Of a stretch of DNA of 16,177 nucleotides, positions 14,721 through 16,177 are shown piece by piece. Every line of letters starts with the position of its first letter. The first letter of the stretch is position 1. Under the pieces are notes generated by a model. It saw nothing but the letters and a program-made list of their open reading frames with translations. It was not told the origin of the DNA and ran no database searches. The stretch is from assembly GCA_963845085.1 (NCBI GenBank), contig CAWJQI010000003.1, forward strand, positions 1-16,177, read 5' to 3'. Both the position numbers and the translations under genes were made by a program. Source of the DNA: Candidatus Fermentibacterota bacterium. GTDB taxonomy: Bacteria > Fermentibacterota > Fermentibacteria > Fermentibacterales > JCC-6.

Positions 14721-16177
14721 TCAATGGATCCAATCCTCGAGTGCATCCCTGAAGGCATACAACTCGCTGGAAGCTGGTCCAAGAAGGCCTTGTCGAAGGT
14801 ATTCTTCAATGAGGGGTATCAGCTCGTGCCGAAAGCGTGCTTTCAACTCGTCTTCATCCCCCGCAAGGAAGTAAGCATGACCTGGCATCAAGTCGAGGGC
14901 ATCTTCAGGAGCGTGTTCCACGAATACCTCGGTCAACCGGTCAAAGAAGCTGACAGCGATACCGGGTGCATTTGCAGCCACAACGGTACGACTTGGAGGC
15001 ACGGTCATGAAAGCAAAACGTCTACGAATTGCTAGATCAAGGTTTTGGACGCTACGGTCAGCGGTGTTCATTGTCGCCAGCAAGTAGAAGTTCTCAGGAA
15101 TGCTAAGCTCCGTTACGCCATCGACAGGATGAGGCAAGTGGATTTTCCGGGGATGGTCTCCACCAACCTCTCCGGATTCAAAGAGGTAAATCGCTTCTCC
15201 AAGGACTTTTCCAAGGTCTGCCCTGTTCACCTCATCGATGACGAGCAAGAATGGACGATCCTTCGATTTTGCGATTGCCTCAAGAAGCCAACCCTTACGA
15301 ACGTGGAACTGTAAGGAACCTGCCTTTTCGTCCGGTGAAAGCCCCACAACGAAATCTTCATACGTGATCGCGGGATGAAACTGAACCGTCATGCCACTCC
15401 CGGCAAAGAAGCTGTTCAGCACCACACCGGCAAGACGGGTCTTTCCTGTTCCCGGAGGACCCTGCAGAATCACAAATCGCCGCTGCCTAAGAAGGTCGTT
15501 CACAGCACCAGCGTCAGGGCTAATGAAAAGATCGGCGCGGAGTTCCTCATGTAAGGCGGTATACTCAGGCTCGAAGGTCTTCAACACTTGCCAGTTGCGC
15601 TCATAAGCGTACAGGTCAAGAAAGGCCTGTACAGTCTTGTGAGCCAACTCAGAATCACCCTTGGGCACAACCGCGTTGCAGTACATTTCCCGGCCATAAC
15701 GTTGAAATGCCTTTTCAAAGCCAGAAAATCGTTCACGAACACCTTTGGGAACTACAACTCCAAGTGCTGATGGATCTGGCTTTGTCCAAGCTTCAACTCC
15801 CAGTCGTGACAAGTACCGCCGCAGCGCAACAATTCGGCGCCGATGCCCAGGCCGCATAAGGATGCCTTCATCCGGGGATAGCCCTCGAGTGCCAACGACG
15901 AAACCGATAAGCGTTCCGAAATCCTTCGTCGGAAACCACACAAGGCTTGTTCCGCCGTATGGACCGCTTGGCGGATTATCAGGGCAGATGAACCCGGCGT
16001 ATGGAACACCAGAATCGTCACCTTCATTGGCAAGCCCATAAGCATCACGGAGCATGGTCGGAACGAAGTCCCGCTTCTGGTACCTATCCCCGAACAAAGC
16101 CGACATCGCACTCTTCAACCCATCCTTGGGATATCCTTCAAGGCCCAATCGGATGATTTCGGAGAGGTCTTTCAGAG
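14721..16177 (-). CDS. mcrB: McrB-like AAA+ GTPase, 5' partial
   Basis: Walker A GPPGTGKT, QFHPAITYEDFV, Walker B LLVIDEVNRA, McrB signature MNTADRS, DLAIRRRF and PGHAYFL. The frame stays open upstream of TTG 16148 to the edge (LKDLSEIIR), so the true start is probably outside the window. Confidence 0.88.
   Translation of the reverse strand, partial: LKDLSEIIRLGLEGYPKDGLKSAMSALFGDRYQKRDFVPTMLRDAYGLANEGDDSGVPYAGFICPDNPPSGPYGGTSLVWFPTKDFGTLIGFVVGTRGLSPDEGILMRPGHRRRIVALRRYLSRLGVEAWTKPDPSALGVVVPKGVRERFSGFEKAFQRYGREMYCNAVVPKGDSELAHKTVQAFLDLYAYERNWQVLKTFEPEYTALHEELRADLFISPDAGAVNDLLRQRRFVILQGPPGTGKTRLAGVVLNSFFAGSGMTVQFHPAITYEDFVVGLSPDEKAGSLQFHVRKGWLLEAIAKSKDRPFLLVIDEVNRADLGKVLGEAIYLFESGEVGGDHPRKIHLPHPVDGVTELSIPENFYLLATMNTADRSVQNLDLAIRRRFAFMTVPPSRTVVAANAPGIAVSFFDRLTEVFVEHAPEDALDLMPGHAYFLAGDEDELKARFRHELIPLIEEYLRQGLLGPASSELYAFRDALEDWIH

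Overview
GC-rich bacterial window. Two proteins with T9SS/FlgD-Ig-like C-terminal tails suggest an FCB-group lineage such as Fermentibacterota (inference only). The left 3.2 kb looks like core genome: a minus-strand run of a secreted M14 zinc carboxypeptidase, rpmA (L27, without rplU) and hutI (cut off at the window edge and missed by the ORF track), divergent from a tRNA-Pro(TGG). The remaining 13 kb, downstream of the tRNA, is an accessory-looking tract in which every gene but one points back towards the tRNA. It holds two SAM methyltransferases, a DUF3303-like protein, a GNAT, a small membrane protein, a 37-aa Lys-rich sORF with its own promoter and RBS, a coupled SPFH pair, a nucleotidyltransferase, and a PQQ-type beta-propeller protein on the plus strand. 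At the right end is a tightly coupled chain: McrB-like GTPase (5' partial), McrC-like nuclease, DUF6994-like, DUF1801, DUF3795 and a methyltransferase. The most notable observations are the McrBC-like module with an atypical N-terminal domain plus a possible third component, a compensated double frameshift in the DUF1801 gene, a propeller apparently inserted inside a split Ig domain, the orphan SPFH pair, and the sORF. I found no integrase, IS, CRISPR array or convincing attC site. Family names are from motif recognition, not database searches.
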